Assembly: GCA_046483305.1 (NCBI GenBank)
Contig: JAWODM010000062.1
Span: 23,332 to 87,331, forward strand
DNA: 64,000 nt
From: Candidatus Krumholzibacteriales bacterium
Lineage (GTDB): Bacteria > Krumholzibacteriota > Krumholzibacteriia > Krumholzibacteriales > WJIX01
Reading direction: 5' to 3'
A model generated the notes under the pieces. That model worked only from the letters and a program-made list of their open reading frames with translations. It did no database searches and was not told the origin of the DNA. A program made the position numbers and the translations under genes. Below are positions 37,021 through 46,653 of the stretch, piece by piece. Positions within the stretch are counted from its first letter, which is position 1; each line of letters opens with the position of its first letter.

Positions 37021-38368
37021 ATTTCAGCATCTTTATTGATTCGTAAAACATTGAAGTTATAAGTTTGTAATCCGTCTTCCTGTCATCACTCTTATAACCG
37101 CTGTCAATATATATGGGGGGGCCTATATGCACTTCCAGCCTGTTCTTTCTGAGAAAGGCCCTTCCCATCCGGTTGGAACCGGAAATATAAACAGGGATGA
37201 TATCTGTTCCCGAATTAACCGCTATATAACCAAGGCCCATTTTCGGCATCCTGATGCGATCGTCTTTTGACCTGGTTCCCTCCGGGAACATCAATATGGA
37301 GCTGCCGGATTTGAGAAGTTTCACTATTTTTCTGATTGCCGCCCTGTCGAAAGAATCCCTGTCGATTGGGACCGCGTGATATTTGCTTATCAGCCAGCCA
37401 AAGAAACGGTTATTGAAAAGTTCCTTCTTGGCAAGGAACCAGACCTCCCGGTTAAGGATTGAACCGACCACCGGAGGATCGGAGTAGGATATATGGTTGC
37501 TGGCGAAAATGAAATTGCCTCCGGTTCTCAGGTTTTCCCTGCCGTATACCCTGAGGCCGAATAATAATTTGAAGATACAGTAAATCAGTTTTCTGGTGAC
37601 TCTGTAATAGCGTGTTGAGTACAGAGAGGACTTTCTGTTCAGATAATATTTATCCCTTTGAATAATCTCCTTCAGCCTTCCGCGCGCGTAATCTTCCGCT
37701 ATCCCCACCTGCTGGTCTATGGTAAGCCCCGAGGTGTCAATGACCTTCGCTCCCGGTGGCTTAAGAAGCGGGCTTACCTGCCTGGTTGAATCTATTCTGT
37801 CTCTCTCTTCGATGTTTATTCTTACCTTATCTTCATCCTGATCTATACCTATCGACCTCAGTTGAGCAGAGCGCCTCCTGACCCTGGCCTCAATGTCGGC
37901 TATCAGAAAAAGCTTCACCTGGGCGTGTGGGAAAACCACTGTTCCCAGATCACGCCCCTCAGCCACCACTCCTCCCCTGCCTGCTATCTTTCTCTGCAGT
38001 TTTACCATTTCAGTTCTTACACTTTCATGCCTGCTCACCGGGGAGACAGCCGCTGATACACCGCTTTTTCTTATCTCCTGTTCTATGTTTTCACCGTCGA
38101 GAAAGAGAACCCTTTCGCCATCTATCTCCACCAGTTCCAGATTAATCCTTCCGGCGAGCTCAGAAACCTTGCGCTCGTCTTCAGGATCAATCCCTTCCTT
38201 AAGGACAGCATAAGTCACCGCCCGGTACATGGAGCCGGTGTTCAGATATTTCATATTGAGCCGGTCGGCCAGTATGGACGCGGTAGTGCTCTTGCCGGAA
38301 CCCGCCGTCCCGTCGAGAGTGATTATTATATTCTTGAAACCGCTCAGGGATTTCTCAGTCAAGTTCAT
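37010..38368 (-). CDS. cmk: Cytidylate kinase fused to 1-acyl-sn-glycerol-3-phosphate acyltransferase (PlsC)
   Basis: DGTAGSGKST, TGSMYRA, EGRDLGTVVFP; then ASNHISYSD, FLAKKELF, FPEGTRS. Confidence 0.93.
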   Translation of the reverse strand: MNLTEKSLSGFKNIIITLDGTAGSGKSTTASILADRLNMKYLNTGSMYRAVTYAVLKEGIDPEDERKVSELAGRINLELVEIDGERVLFLDGENIEQEIRKSGVSAAVSPVSRHESVRTEMVKLQRKIAGRGGVVAEGRDLGTVVFPHAQVKLFLIADIEARVRRRSAQLRSIGIDQDEDKVRINIEERDRIDSTRQVSPLLKPPGAKVIDTSGLTIDQQVGIAEDYARGRLKEIIQRDKYYLNRKSSLYSTRYYRVTRKLIYCIFKLLFGLRVYGRENLRTGGNFIFASNHISYSDPPVVGSILNREVWFLAKKELFNNRFFGWLISKYHAVPIDRDSFDRAAIRKIVKLLKSGSSILMFPEGTRSKDDRIRMPKMGLGYIAVNSGTDIIPVYISGSNRMGRAFLRKNRLEVHIGPPIYIDSGYKSDDRKTDYKLITSMFYESIKMLKYGT

Positions 38369-38385
38369 TTGAAGACTGTTCTTGT

Positions 38386-39489
38386 TCAGGAAATAATTTC
38401 ATCCAATTCCCGCAGAAATCTGGTATTTTCCCGCGGTGTGCCTATAGTTACTCTGATCGCTTCCGAGCCGAGCCCGAAGGGGCTCATGCCCCTGACTATC
38501 ACTCCCCGCTCCAGCAGTTTACCAACAATGTCATCTACAATTCCCTCCGGAGGTATGGCCAGAATGAAATTGGTCTGCGATTCAGGCACGGTGAATCCAT
38601 GATTTCTCAGCTCCTGCGTAACCCGTTGCAGCTGCTCGGTGTTTTCTCTGACCCTCTCGTCCAGTTTATGGGAGTATTTAAGAGCCACTCTGGCGGCCGC
38701 TTGAGCGATCCGGTTTACATTGAAAGGCTGCCTTACCATATGAAGGCAGGTGACCAGATCGGGGTGTGATATTGAGTATCCGACTCTCAGTCCGGAGAGG
38801 GAATAAACCTTTGAGAATGTTCTCAGGATAACGATATTATCCATTTTTCTCAGGAGCTCAATTGTCTGCGGATAATCTTCCGCGGTAACGTATTCATAAT
38901 AAGCTTCGTCGAATACTACCAGTATATCCCTGCGGATTCCTTCCATGAATTCTGCTACTTCCTCTGCCGTAACATAGGTCGCAGTAGGGTTATTGGGATT
39001 GCAGATGAATACCATCTTGGTTCTGCTGGTTATACTTTCCTTCATTTTCTTCATATCCAGCCTGTAGTCCATGAGTGGTACCTTAACCTCTTTTACCCCG
39101 GCGAGATGAATGATCAGCGGATAAGCTATGAAACTGGGATATGGTATTATTACTTCCTCGTCAGGATTCACGAACCCCCTGACCAGCAGGTCGATTATTT
39201 CATTGGATCCGTTTCCGACGAATATGCCGGAAGGGTCTGTTACAAGATGTTCCGCTATATCGTGAGAAAGGTAGTGGGACCCTGAATTGGGATAACGGTT
39301 GATCTCCCCGCTTTCCTTCTCGATAGCCTCGAGTATTTCAGGAAGAGGCTGGTAGGGGTTTTCGTTTGACGCAAGTTTGATGATCTCTCCCTTTATATTG
39401 AGTTCTCGTCTGACCTCTTCAATGGGCTTGCCCGGAATATAAGGGCTGATATCCTTCATATGGGGGCGCATTAAAGACTTAAAATCCAT
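38386..39489 (-). CDS. hisC: Histidinol-phosphate aminotransferase
   Basis: KLASNENP, GNGSNE, CNPNNPT, DEAYYEY, RTFSKVYSLSGLRVGY. Confidence 0.93.
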   Translation of the reverse strand: MDFKSLMRPHMKDISPYIPGKPIEEVRRELNIKGEIIKLASNENPYQPLPEILEAIEKESGEINRYPNSGSHYLSHDIAEHLVTDPSGIFVGNGSNEIIDLLVRGFVNPDEEVIIPYPSFIAYPLIIHLAGVKEVKVPLMDYRLDMKKMKESITSRTKMVFICNPNNPTATYVTAEEVAEFMEGIRRDILVVFDEAYYEYVTAEDYPQTIELLRKMDNIVILRTFSKVYSLSGLRVGYSISHPDLVTCLHMVRQPFNVNRIAQAAARVALKYSHKLDERVRENTEQLQRVTQELRNHGFTVPESQTNFILAIPPEGIVDDIVGKLLERGVIVRGMSPFGLGSEAIRVTIGTPRENTRFLRELDEIIS

Positions 39490-39504
39490 TTTCAGCAACT
39501 CCTT

Positions 39505-40245
39505 CTAAGCTAAACCGACCTTTTTCCTCAAATGTTTTTCTTCTTCATTCTTAAGCGGCCTTATCTGTCCTTTTTCCAGGTCATTGAATTTCAGACCCGC
39601 CACACTGCTTCTGTGAAGTTTAATAACGGAATGGCCTCTTGACAAGAACATCCTCTTTATCTGTCTCTTTTTCCCCTCTTTTATCCTTATTTCCACATCA
39701 GAATGCTTTTCGCCCGCCCTGATGACTCTTACACTGCAGGGGCTGGTTACGTAACCTCCGATATCGACTCCAGCGGCCAGTTCAGCCGCCGTCTCTTCGG
39801 TCACCTTTCCATCAACCCTGGCAGTATAAGTCTTGTCCACATGATAGCGGGGATGGATCAATCTGTTGGTCAGGGTCCCGTCGTTGGTGAGAAGCAGAAT
39901 GCCGGTGGTGTCGATATCAAGTCTCCCTACCGGGTAGAGCCTCTGGCTGTAACCGTTCTCCCTTGCGATATCAATGACGGTTTTCCTGCCCAGGTTGTCT
40001 GAAACTGAGCAGATCACTCCCGGCGGTTTGTTCATTACCAGGACTGTACGGTTTCTTATATACGCCACCGGTTTCCCGGATACGGTTACCCGGTCCTCCA
40101 GAGGGTTCACCTTGAAAGCAAGATCGGTAACCATCTCGTCGTTAACCCTTACCTTTCCATCCAGTACATATTTTTCGCATTTACGCCGCGAACCGAGACC
40201 GCTCCCCGAAAGGTAGCGGTTTATCCTTATCATCCGGTCACTCAT
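39505..40245 (-). CDS. rluB: RluB/RsuA-family pseudouridine synthase
   Basis: S4 domain, NKPPG, PVGRLDIDTTG, EGKKRQIKRM; follows scpB. Confidence 0.88.
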   Translation of the reverse strand: MSDRMIRINRYLSGSGLGSRRKCEKYVLDGKVRVNDEMVTDLAFKVNPLEDRVTVSGKPVAYIRNRTVLVMNKPPGVICSVSDNLGRKTVIDIARENGYSQRLYPVGRLDIDTTGILLLTNDGTLTNRLIHPRYHVDKTYTARVDGKVTEETAAELAAGVDIGGYVTSPCSVRVIRAGEKHSDVEIRIKEGKKRQIKRMFLSRGHSVIKLHRSSVAGLKFNDLEKGQIRPLKNEEEKHLRKKVGLA

Positions 40246-40900
40246 CGCCGCCTGTTATCTTCTCTTCAATCGTATTATCTTCTTCGCCGCCCGTCTCTTC
40301 ACCGGGGTTGTTCTGTTCAATTCTGGATTCGAGCAGCCTGATTGCCTCCCCCTCGCTGGCAAACTGATCTATGGAGGGAAGGTCATTATAATTCTTCAAT
40401 CCAAGATATTCCAGAAACTGACGGGTAGTAGAATAGAGAAAGGGCCTTCCTATACTGTCCCCCCTCCCCGATATCCTTATCAGGTCCCTCTCCAGCAGAG
40501 TGGAAAGCACTCCGCCGGAGTTCACACCGCGCACCGCCTCGATCTGCGCCCTGCTCACAGGCTGTTTGTAAGCTATTATGGCGAGGGTTTCCAGCGCCGC
40601 CCCGGACAGCCTGCTTTTTCTCCTGTTCTTAAAAAGAGATTTTATTATTTCAGAGTATTCTGGGTGGGTGATCAGCTGGTACCCTCCTGCAACTTCGGCT
40701 ATTTTATAGCTCCTGTCCGTTTCGGAGTAGAAACCGGAAAGAGACTCCACAGCATCCCTTACCTCTCTGTTTGACTGAGCGCCGGTCAGCTCCTTCATCC
40801 TGGCCGGTGTAAGAGGTATATCAGATGCGAAAAGAAGAGCTTCGACTTGCTTCTCCAGCATCCTTCCAGATCTGATATCTCCGTCGCTATCCATGTGCAT
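40238..40900 (-). CDS. scpB: SMC-Scp complex subunit ScpB
   Basis: EALLFAS, LSGAALETLAIIAYKQP, IEAVRGV, GRPFLY. Confidence 0.95.
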   Translation of the reverse strand: MHMDSDGDIRSGRMLEKQVEALLFASDIPLTPARMKELTGAQSNREVRDAVESLSGFYSETDRSYKIAEVAGGYQLITHPEYSEIIKSLFKNRRKSRLSGAALETLAIIAYKQPVSRAQIEAVRGVNSGGVLSTLLERDLIRISGRGDSIGRPFLYSTTRQFLEYLGLKNYNDLPSIDQFASEGEAIRLLESRIEQNNPGEETGGEEDNTIEEKITGGDE

Positions 40901-41618
40901 CCCCGCTCTTCTGTGGCGTTCTGTATATCCAAATATCCATATTCCCCTTCATCGGCTTCGCTATCAGGGTGCCATTACGCATTAATTCCAGGATTGCGAT
41001 AAATGTTACTATCAGTTCCGCCCTGCTGTTTCCCCCCTCGAAGAGTTCGGTAAATAGAATTTCCGAGTTTTCATCTATTCTGCGGCGTATCAATTCCAGT
41101 TTCTCTTCCACGGAGTACTGTTCCCCCAGAACCTTGTATGTTACTTCCTTCTTCAGGTCGCCGAGTATATTTCTGAAAGCGTCCATAAGATCAAATACCG
41201 AAAGATCCAGTGATTCTTCATCCTCGCGGTATTCAGGCAAACCTCCCTGAGAAGGCCTTCGGTACACCTTCAGCATATCTTCTTCCTTTTCGGCCAGATG
41301 TTCGGCAGCCTTCTTGAACTTTCTGTATTCAAGCAGGTTCCTGACCAGCTCATCCCTGGGATCCTCTTCCTCTTCTTCTTCATCATCTCTTCTCGGCAGG
41401 AGCATCTTTGCTTTTATCCTCATCAGGGTAGCTGCCATAACAAAGAATTCTCCGGCTATATCCAGGTCCATCTCCTTCATAATATCTATATAGGCAAGGT
41501 ATTCATGGGTAATATGCGAGATAGGTATGTCGTAAATATCGAGTTTGTCACGCCTTATCAGATGAAGAAGCAGATCCAGCGGGCCTTCGAAATGATCCAG
41601 TTTTACCAGGTAAACCAT
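40887..41618 (-). CDS. scpA: Segregation and condensation protein A
   Basis: FEGPLDLLLHLI, MAATLMRIKAKMLLP, FIAILEL; start ATG 41618. Confidence 0.95.
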   Translation of the reverse strand: MVYLVKLDHFEGPLDLLLHLIRRDKLDIYDIPISHITHEYLAYIDIMKEMDLDIAGEFFVMAATLMRIKAKMLLPRRDDEEEEEEDPRDELVRNLLEYRKFKKAAEHLAEKEEDMLKVYRRPSQGGLPEYREDEESLDLSVFDLMDAFRNILGDLKKEVTYKVLGEQYSVEEKLELIRRRIDENSEILFTELFEGGNSRAELIVTFIAILELMRNGTLIAKPMKGNMDIWIYRTPQKSGDAHG

Positions 41619-41684
41619 CTGTGCTCCAGCCTGATGAATTAATACCGGCCACTCCTGCTCCCTGCCGGAGGCGCCATCCATGAA

Positions 41685-41713
41685 ATCCTACTTCAACATT
41701 ACGGCTATGTCAA
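41685..41713 (-). promoter_or_regulatory. Sigma70 promoter upstream of scpA
   Basis: Minus strand TTGACA-N17-TAGGAT. Confidence 0.6.
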
Positions 41714-41768
41714 CTTAATACTTTTCAGGAAGTTCAATTGGGTGAAAAGAGAGTATTACCCCGGAATT

Positions 41769-42665
41769 TCATCCCCTTGGATGGAAGGTTCTGTGGACTT
41801 CCATCAGGTAGTTCATATCCAGTTTAGTGTATATCTGGGTGGTTGAAATACTGGAATGGCCCAGCAGTTCCTGGACAACTCTGAGGTCAGCCCCTCCCTC
41901 TATCAGATGGGTGGCAAAGGAATGCCTGAAGGTATGAGGGGTTACATCTCCGGGCAGTCCGGCTTCAGCCGCGTATTTCTTGATCATTTTCCATATACTG
42001 ACTCTGGAGAGCCTTCCTCCCCGATAGTTCAGAAACAGGTAAGGAGTGGAGGCATCACCCGCCAGCTCCGGCCTCGATTCAGCCTGGTAGACTTCCAGAG
42101 AATTCAGCGCTCTCTTCCCGAAGGGCACCAGTCTCTGTTTGTTCCCCTTTCCGGTAACACGGATAAGGGATTCCGCGAAATTGATCATTTCGAACTTCAG
42201 GTTACTCAGTTCTGAAACCCGCATCCCGGTAGAGTAGGCAAGTTCCATTATTGTCCTGTCCCGAATACCGGTGACCGAGTTATCGGGCCTTTCTATGATA
42301 TCGCTTATTTCTCTCTGTGATAGGACAAACGGTATCTTCTGCCTTATTCTGGGAGACGAGATTTCCTGAATCTCCAGCTGGTCGGTCACGCCCTCCCTGT
42401 ACAGGAAGCGATGGAACCCCTTGACGGCGCTGAGAATCCGTGATCTGGAAGAAGGCGACCTGTCTTTAAGGGCCTTCTCGATGAAAAGAATCATACCGCT
42501 GAGAGTAAAAAGCTTCTCTTCCGCTCCCAGCCTTCCCTCAAGGAACTTAAAGTATAACTTCATGTCGCTCTGGTATGCATTAATGGTATGGTTACTCAGG
42601 CCCTTTTCTACTATGAGGTGATCTATGTATGCGTCAATTATTCTCTTCAGTTCTCTACTCTTCAT
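41769..42665 (-). CDS. xerD: Tyrosine recombinase XerD
   Basis: VEKGLSNHT, TGMRVSEL, GKGNKQRLVP, TPHTFRHSFATHL, LGHSSISTTQIYT, FHPRG. Confidence 0.9.
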   Translation of the reverse strand: MKSRELKRIIDAYIDHLIVEKGLSNHTINAYQSDMKLYFKFLEGRLGAEEKLFTLSGMILFIEKALKDRSPSSRSRILSAVKGFHRFLYREGVTDQLEIQEISSPRIRQKIPFVLSQREISDIIERPDNSVTGIRDRTIMELAYSTGMRVSELSNLKFEMINFAESLIRVTGKGNKQRLVPFGKRALNSLEVYQAESRPELAGDASTPYLFLNYRGGRLSRVSIWKMIKKYAAEAGLPGDVTPHTFRHSFATHLIEGGADLRVVQELLGHSSISTTQIYTKLDMNYLMEVHRTFHPRG

Positions 42666-44475
42666 TGTTCCTGTCGAGCTCCTTCTTTATCCTTGAAGCG
42701 AGTTTCTTCCCAATGCCGGGAACAGACATAATCTCATCAACAGAACTTCTCTTCAGGTTTTCGATTGACCCGAATTCAATCAGGAGCAGTATCTTCCTTT
42801 CCTCCCCTATCCCCTCTATTGAATCCAGAATTGAGCGGGAAAGCTTACTGATTCTCAGTTTACGGTGGTAACTCACCGCGAATCTATGAGCTTCATCTCT
42901 CATTCGCCGGAGAAATTTGAGTGAATCGCTGGAGGCGGGTAGGGTAAGAGGCTTCTTTCTCCCCGGCAGGTAAATTAATTCGTTCTTCTTGGCCAGCCCC
43001 GCTACCGGCAGATTGAATATCTCTTTTTCCTCCAGTTTTTTCACAACGGAGCTGACCTGCCCCTTTCCGCCATCTATGAGAATGAAGTCCGGAGGGGGCA
43101 TATCGGACAGATTTCTGAACCTCCTCCCGATAACCTCCGCCAGCATTGCAAAGTCATCGGGACCTTCAGACTTTCTTATTTTAAAATGACGGTATCCCGC
43201 CTTGTAAGGTTTACCGTATCTGAAGGTAACCATGGAGCCGACCGCCTCTGAACCCTGTATATTGGAAATATCATAAGCCTCAGCTTTAATTGGAGTTGAA
43301 GGAAGCCGCAGCCTGCTCTTAACCCTCTCCAGCATTTCGATATCCTCGCTGACCTCTCCAGCCTTCTCCAGAAGCTTTACAGCGGCGTTTCTTCTGACCA
43401 GCTCAACCATCCGTTTATTTCTGCCCCTTCCGGGTACCATTATTTTGACTCCGGCTCCCCTCTTGGCCCTGAGCCATTCTTCCAGTAATTTCCTTTCCGG
43501 GAGCTTTGCCTGAACGTAGATCTTCCCTGGGATATCCGTCGCAGAATGGTAGTAAAGCTTCAGGAATATTTCGGCTGCCTGGTTTATGGAATAATCCCTG
43601 TACGAAGGGAGAAAGAAAGTTTCTGAACTGAGAATCCTGCCCTCTCTGACTTTCATCAGAACGGCGCAGAAATTTCTGTCTTCCCGGGCTACTGCCGCTA
43701 TATCTTCGTCAGAACCGCCCGGGTCGAAGGCGAGCTGCCTCTCCGAAATCTTCTCTAAAGACCTGATCTGATCCCTGACCACCGCCGCCTGTTCGTATTT
43801 TTTCTTTTCCGACAGGCTGTTCATCTTCTTCCGGAGATCGGATATTAATTTCCGGTTTCTTCCCTTAAGGAACATTCTGACTTCCCGGACAAGCTGGTCA
43901 TATTGGTCCTTTTCTATTTTGCCGGTACAGGGAGCCGAGCATTTTCCAATCTGATAGTAAAGGCATTCGCGCGAATCGTGCATATTGAATTTCCGCTGGC
44001 CGCATCTTCTGAGCTTGAAGATATCCCCTATCAAACTCATTGTTCTTCGTACCGCTCCGGCGTCGGTATATGGGCCGAAATATTCAGACCCGTCGTTCCT
44101 GACGTCACGAACGTACATTATTCTTGGATACTCATCATCGGCGGTCAGCTTTATGTAAGGGTACTTCTGGCCGCCTTTCAGCTTGACATTGTAAGCGGGC
44201 CTGTTCTCCCTTATGAAATTGCATTCAAGGACCAGGGCTTCCACCTCATTCCTGGTGGTGACGTAGTCGATATCTCTGACTTTATCTGTCATCAGTTCTG
44301 TCTTCGGATCCTGGGAACCGGATGGGCGGAAATAACTGCCTACCCTCTTTCTGAGATTTTTAGCCTTACCCACATATATTATTTTACCCATGCGGTCCTT
44401 CATCAGGTAAACCCCCGGAAGGGCCGGTATCCGGCCGCTTTTTTCTATTAATGACTTTTTATCTCTGCTTGACAA
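42655..44475 (-). CDS. uvrC: Excinuclease ABC subunit C
   Basis: PGVYLM...IYVGKAKNLRKRV, YDISN, IDGGKGQ, RDEAHRFA, C-terminal HhH. Confidence 0.97.
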   Translation of the reverse strand: MSSRDKKSLIEKSGRIPALPGVYLMKDRMGKIIYVGKAKNLRKRVGSYFRPSGSQDPKTELMTDKVRDIDYVTTRNEVEALVLECNFIRENRPAYNVKLKGGQKYPYIKLTADDEYPRIMYVRDVRNDGSEYFGPYTDAGAVRRTMSLIGDIFKLRRCGQRKFNMHDSRECLYYQIGKCSAPCTGKIEKDQYDQLVREVRMFLKGRNRKLISDLRKKMNSLSEKKKYEQAAVVRDQIRSLEKISERQLAFDPGGSDEDIAAVAREDRNFCAVLMKVREGRILSSETFFLPSYRDYSINQAAEIFLKLYYHSATDIPGKIYVQAKLPERKLLEEWLRAKRGAGVKIMVPGRGRNKRMVELVRRNAAVKLLEKAGEVSEDIEMLERVKSRLRLPSTPIKAEAYDISNIQGSEAVGSMVTFRYGKPYKAGYRHFKIRKSEGPDDFAMLAEVIGRRFRNLSDMPPPDFILIDGGKGQVSSVVKKLEEKEIFNLPVAGLAKKNELIYLPGRKKPLTLPASSDSLKFLRRMRDEAHRFAVSYHRKLRISKLSRSILDSIEGIGEERKILLLIEFGSIENLKRSSVDEIMSVPGIGKKLASRIKKELDRNNEE

Positions 44476-44497
44476 GGGAGTTCCCTTCTATTATTAT
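44469..44497 (+). promoter_or_regulatory. Sigma70 promoter of rpsT, overlapping the predicted uvrC start codon
   Basis: TTGACA (44469-44474), N17, TATTAT (44492-44497); GGAGG SD at 44509-44513. Confidence 0.65.
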
Positions 44498-44521
44498 ACC
44501 GCAACACTGGAGGTGTTGATA

Positions 44522-44779
44522 ATGCCCGAACATAAATCGTGTTATAAAAGAATGCGCCAGAATGAGTACAGGCGCCAGTTAAATAAATCTTTCAAAAGCC
44601 ATGTTCGTAAAGCTCTTAAAGATTTCAGAGCGCTGGAAGACCCGTCTGAACGCAAAGAACGCCTGCCGCATCTTCTCTCTATTCTGGATAAGGCCGTGAA
44701 GAAAGGCATTTATCACAGGAATAAGAGCGCTCGCCTCAAATCAAGGCTTACCAGAAGCGTGGACCAGCCCCCTCTCTGA
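44522..44779 (+). CDS. rpsT: 30S ribosomal protein S20
   Basis: HKSCYKRMRQN, LDKAVKKGIYHRNKSARLKSRL. Confidence 0.93.
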   Translation: MPEHKSCYKRMRQNEYRRQLNKSFKSHVRKALKDFRALEDPSERKERLPHLLSILDKAVKKGIYHRNKSARLKSRLTRSVDQPPL

Positions 44780-44817
44780 TTTCCGGTTTATTTTCGAACT
44801 CAGGGGTTTCAGAAGCT

Positions 44818-46521
44818 CTAACCGGAATAATACTCTTTTATTTTCCCGGCTGCTTCTGTTAAAGGCACCTCTCTGACTTCCATATCCCTGCGGTAGAGGA
44901 TTTCTACTTTGCCGTCCTTGAGTTTGTTGCCAATTGTTATTCTAAGGGGAATACCGATAAGTTCTGAGTCCTTGAATTTAACGCCCGGGCTCAAATCGCG
45001 GTCATCCGTCAGGAAGTCCATTCCCATTTCCCGCAGTTCGTCTTCCAGCTTCCCGGCGGCATCCAGCTGCTCCCGGTCTTTCGTGTTAACGGGAAGTATT
45101 ATTACATCCAGGGGAGTAATCTCCCTGGGCCATATTATTCCAGCCTGGTCATAGTTCTGTTCTATGGAGGCAGCTATCATTCTGCTGACCCCGAATCCAT
45201 AGCAGCCCATTATGAAATACCTGCTCTTTCCGTCGCTGTCCAGAAACGCAGCATCCATACTGCTCGAATATTTTGTGCCCAGCTTGAAAATATGCCCCAC
45301 TTCAATACCCTTATTCAGCTGGAGCTGTTTTCCGCACTCGGGGCACAGGTCGCCTTCCCGCGCCATCACCAGGCTTTCGAAACGTTTGATGTGGAAATCT
45401 CTCCCTGCCACTGCGTTAATAATATGGGTGCCTTCCCTGTTCGCACCTACAATCATATCTCCGAAATCCTCTATCAGCCTGTCCGCAATTATCTCTATTT
45501 CGTCTCCCAACCCCACCGGGCCCGAAAAACCCTGGGGGCCACCCGTAGCTTCAATGATTTCATCAGGCTCCAGGAACCTTATCTCCCGGTCTTCAAACAG
45601 AGCTGATAGCTTAATGTCGTTTATTTCTCTGTCTCCGGGGATAAGCACGGCGATATTCTCATCTCCCACCCTGTACAGCAGGGTTTTAACTATTCTGTTC
45701 TTTTCAACATGGAGGAAATCACTGACCTGCTGTACCGTGGATGCCCCTGGAGTTTTAACCTCCTCCATCTCTTCCTGATGTTCAGCTCCTTCAGTGCCTC
45801 CGGACGGTATCGCCGCAGCCTTTTCCAGGTTAACCGAATAGCCGCAGCTGCAGCTCAGTATCCGGTCCTCTCCGTTATCGGCAAGTACCATGAATTCGTG
45901 TGACTCATTTCCCCCGATGTAACCTGATTCTGCTTCTACTATTCTGTAGTCGAGCCCGCACCTCTCAATGATTTTCCCGTAAGCCCGCTCCATCTTCCGG
46001 TAGGTTTCATCCAGGGACTTATCGTCCGCATGAAAGCTGTAAGCGTCTTTCATAATGAATTCCCTGGCCCTTATAACCCCGTAGCGGGGCCTTATCTCAT
46101 CTCTGAATTTTATGAGTATCTGGTATATACATTGAGGCAGGTCCCTGTAACTCTGCATATCCTCTCTTGCAATACGGGTAATTACCTCTTCATGGGTAGG
46201 TCCCAGCGCAAACATCCTGTTTCTTGAATCATGGAGCTTGAACAGTTCGGGCCCGAAAGACTTTACCCTTCCGCTTTCCTCATAAATATCTATGGGATGC
46301 ATAATCGGCATCAGAACTTCCTGGCAACCAGCGGCATCCATCTCTTCTCTTATGATGTTTTCGATCTTCTTAAGCACTTTGAATCCAAGCGGAAGAAAAG
46401 TGTAAACCCCGGCAGTCAGTTTCTTGATGAGGCCTGCTCTCAGCATAAGCTTATGACTTGGAATCTCCGCTTCCCTGGGATCCTCTTTCAGTGTCGGGAT
46501 ACAGCTCTCGGACCAGCGCAT
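44818..46521 (-). CDS. proS: Proline--tRNA ligase (bacterial type with editing insert)
   Basis: SHKLMLRAG, GPTHEE, KFRDEIRPR, REFIMKDAYSF, EVGHIFKLG, MGCYG. Confidence 0.97.
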   Translation of the reverse strand: MRWSESCIPTLKEDPREAEIPSHKLMLRAGLIKKLTAGVYTFLPLGFKVLKKIENIIREEMDAAGCQEVLMPIMHPIDIYEESGRVKSFGPELFKLHDSRNRMFALGPTHEEVITRIAREDMQSYRDLPQCIYQILIKFRDEIRPRYGVIRAREFIMKDAYSFHADDKSLDETYRKMERAYGKIIERCGLDYRIVEAESGYIGGNESHEFMVLADNGEDRILSCSCGYSVNLEKAAAIPSGGTEGAEHQEEMEEVKTPGASTVQQVSDFLHVEKNRIVKTLLYRVGDENIAVLIPGDREINDIKLSALFEDREIRFLEPDEIIEATGGPQGFSGPVGLGDEIEIIADRLIEDFGDMIVGANREGTHIINAVAGRDFHIKRFESLVMAREGDLCPECGKQLQLNKGIEVGHIFKLGTKYSSSMDAAFLDSDGKSRYFIMGCYGFGVSRMIAASIEQNYDQAGIIWPREITPLDVIILPVNTKDREQLDAAGKLEDELREMGMDFLTDDRDLSPGVKFKDSELIGIPLRITIGNKLKDGKVEILYRRDMEVREVPLTEAAGKIKEYYSG

Positions 46522-46653
46522 TCTGTCTCTTTCTATTAAGGAGTGAATTTACTTTTACTTTATGTAATTGGTATACTAAAATAGTTGCCGGCTGGATGCA
46601 AGCCGGAACTAACATACCGTATATTAATTTATCAATTACGCGGGGATGATTTT

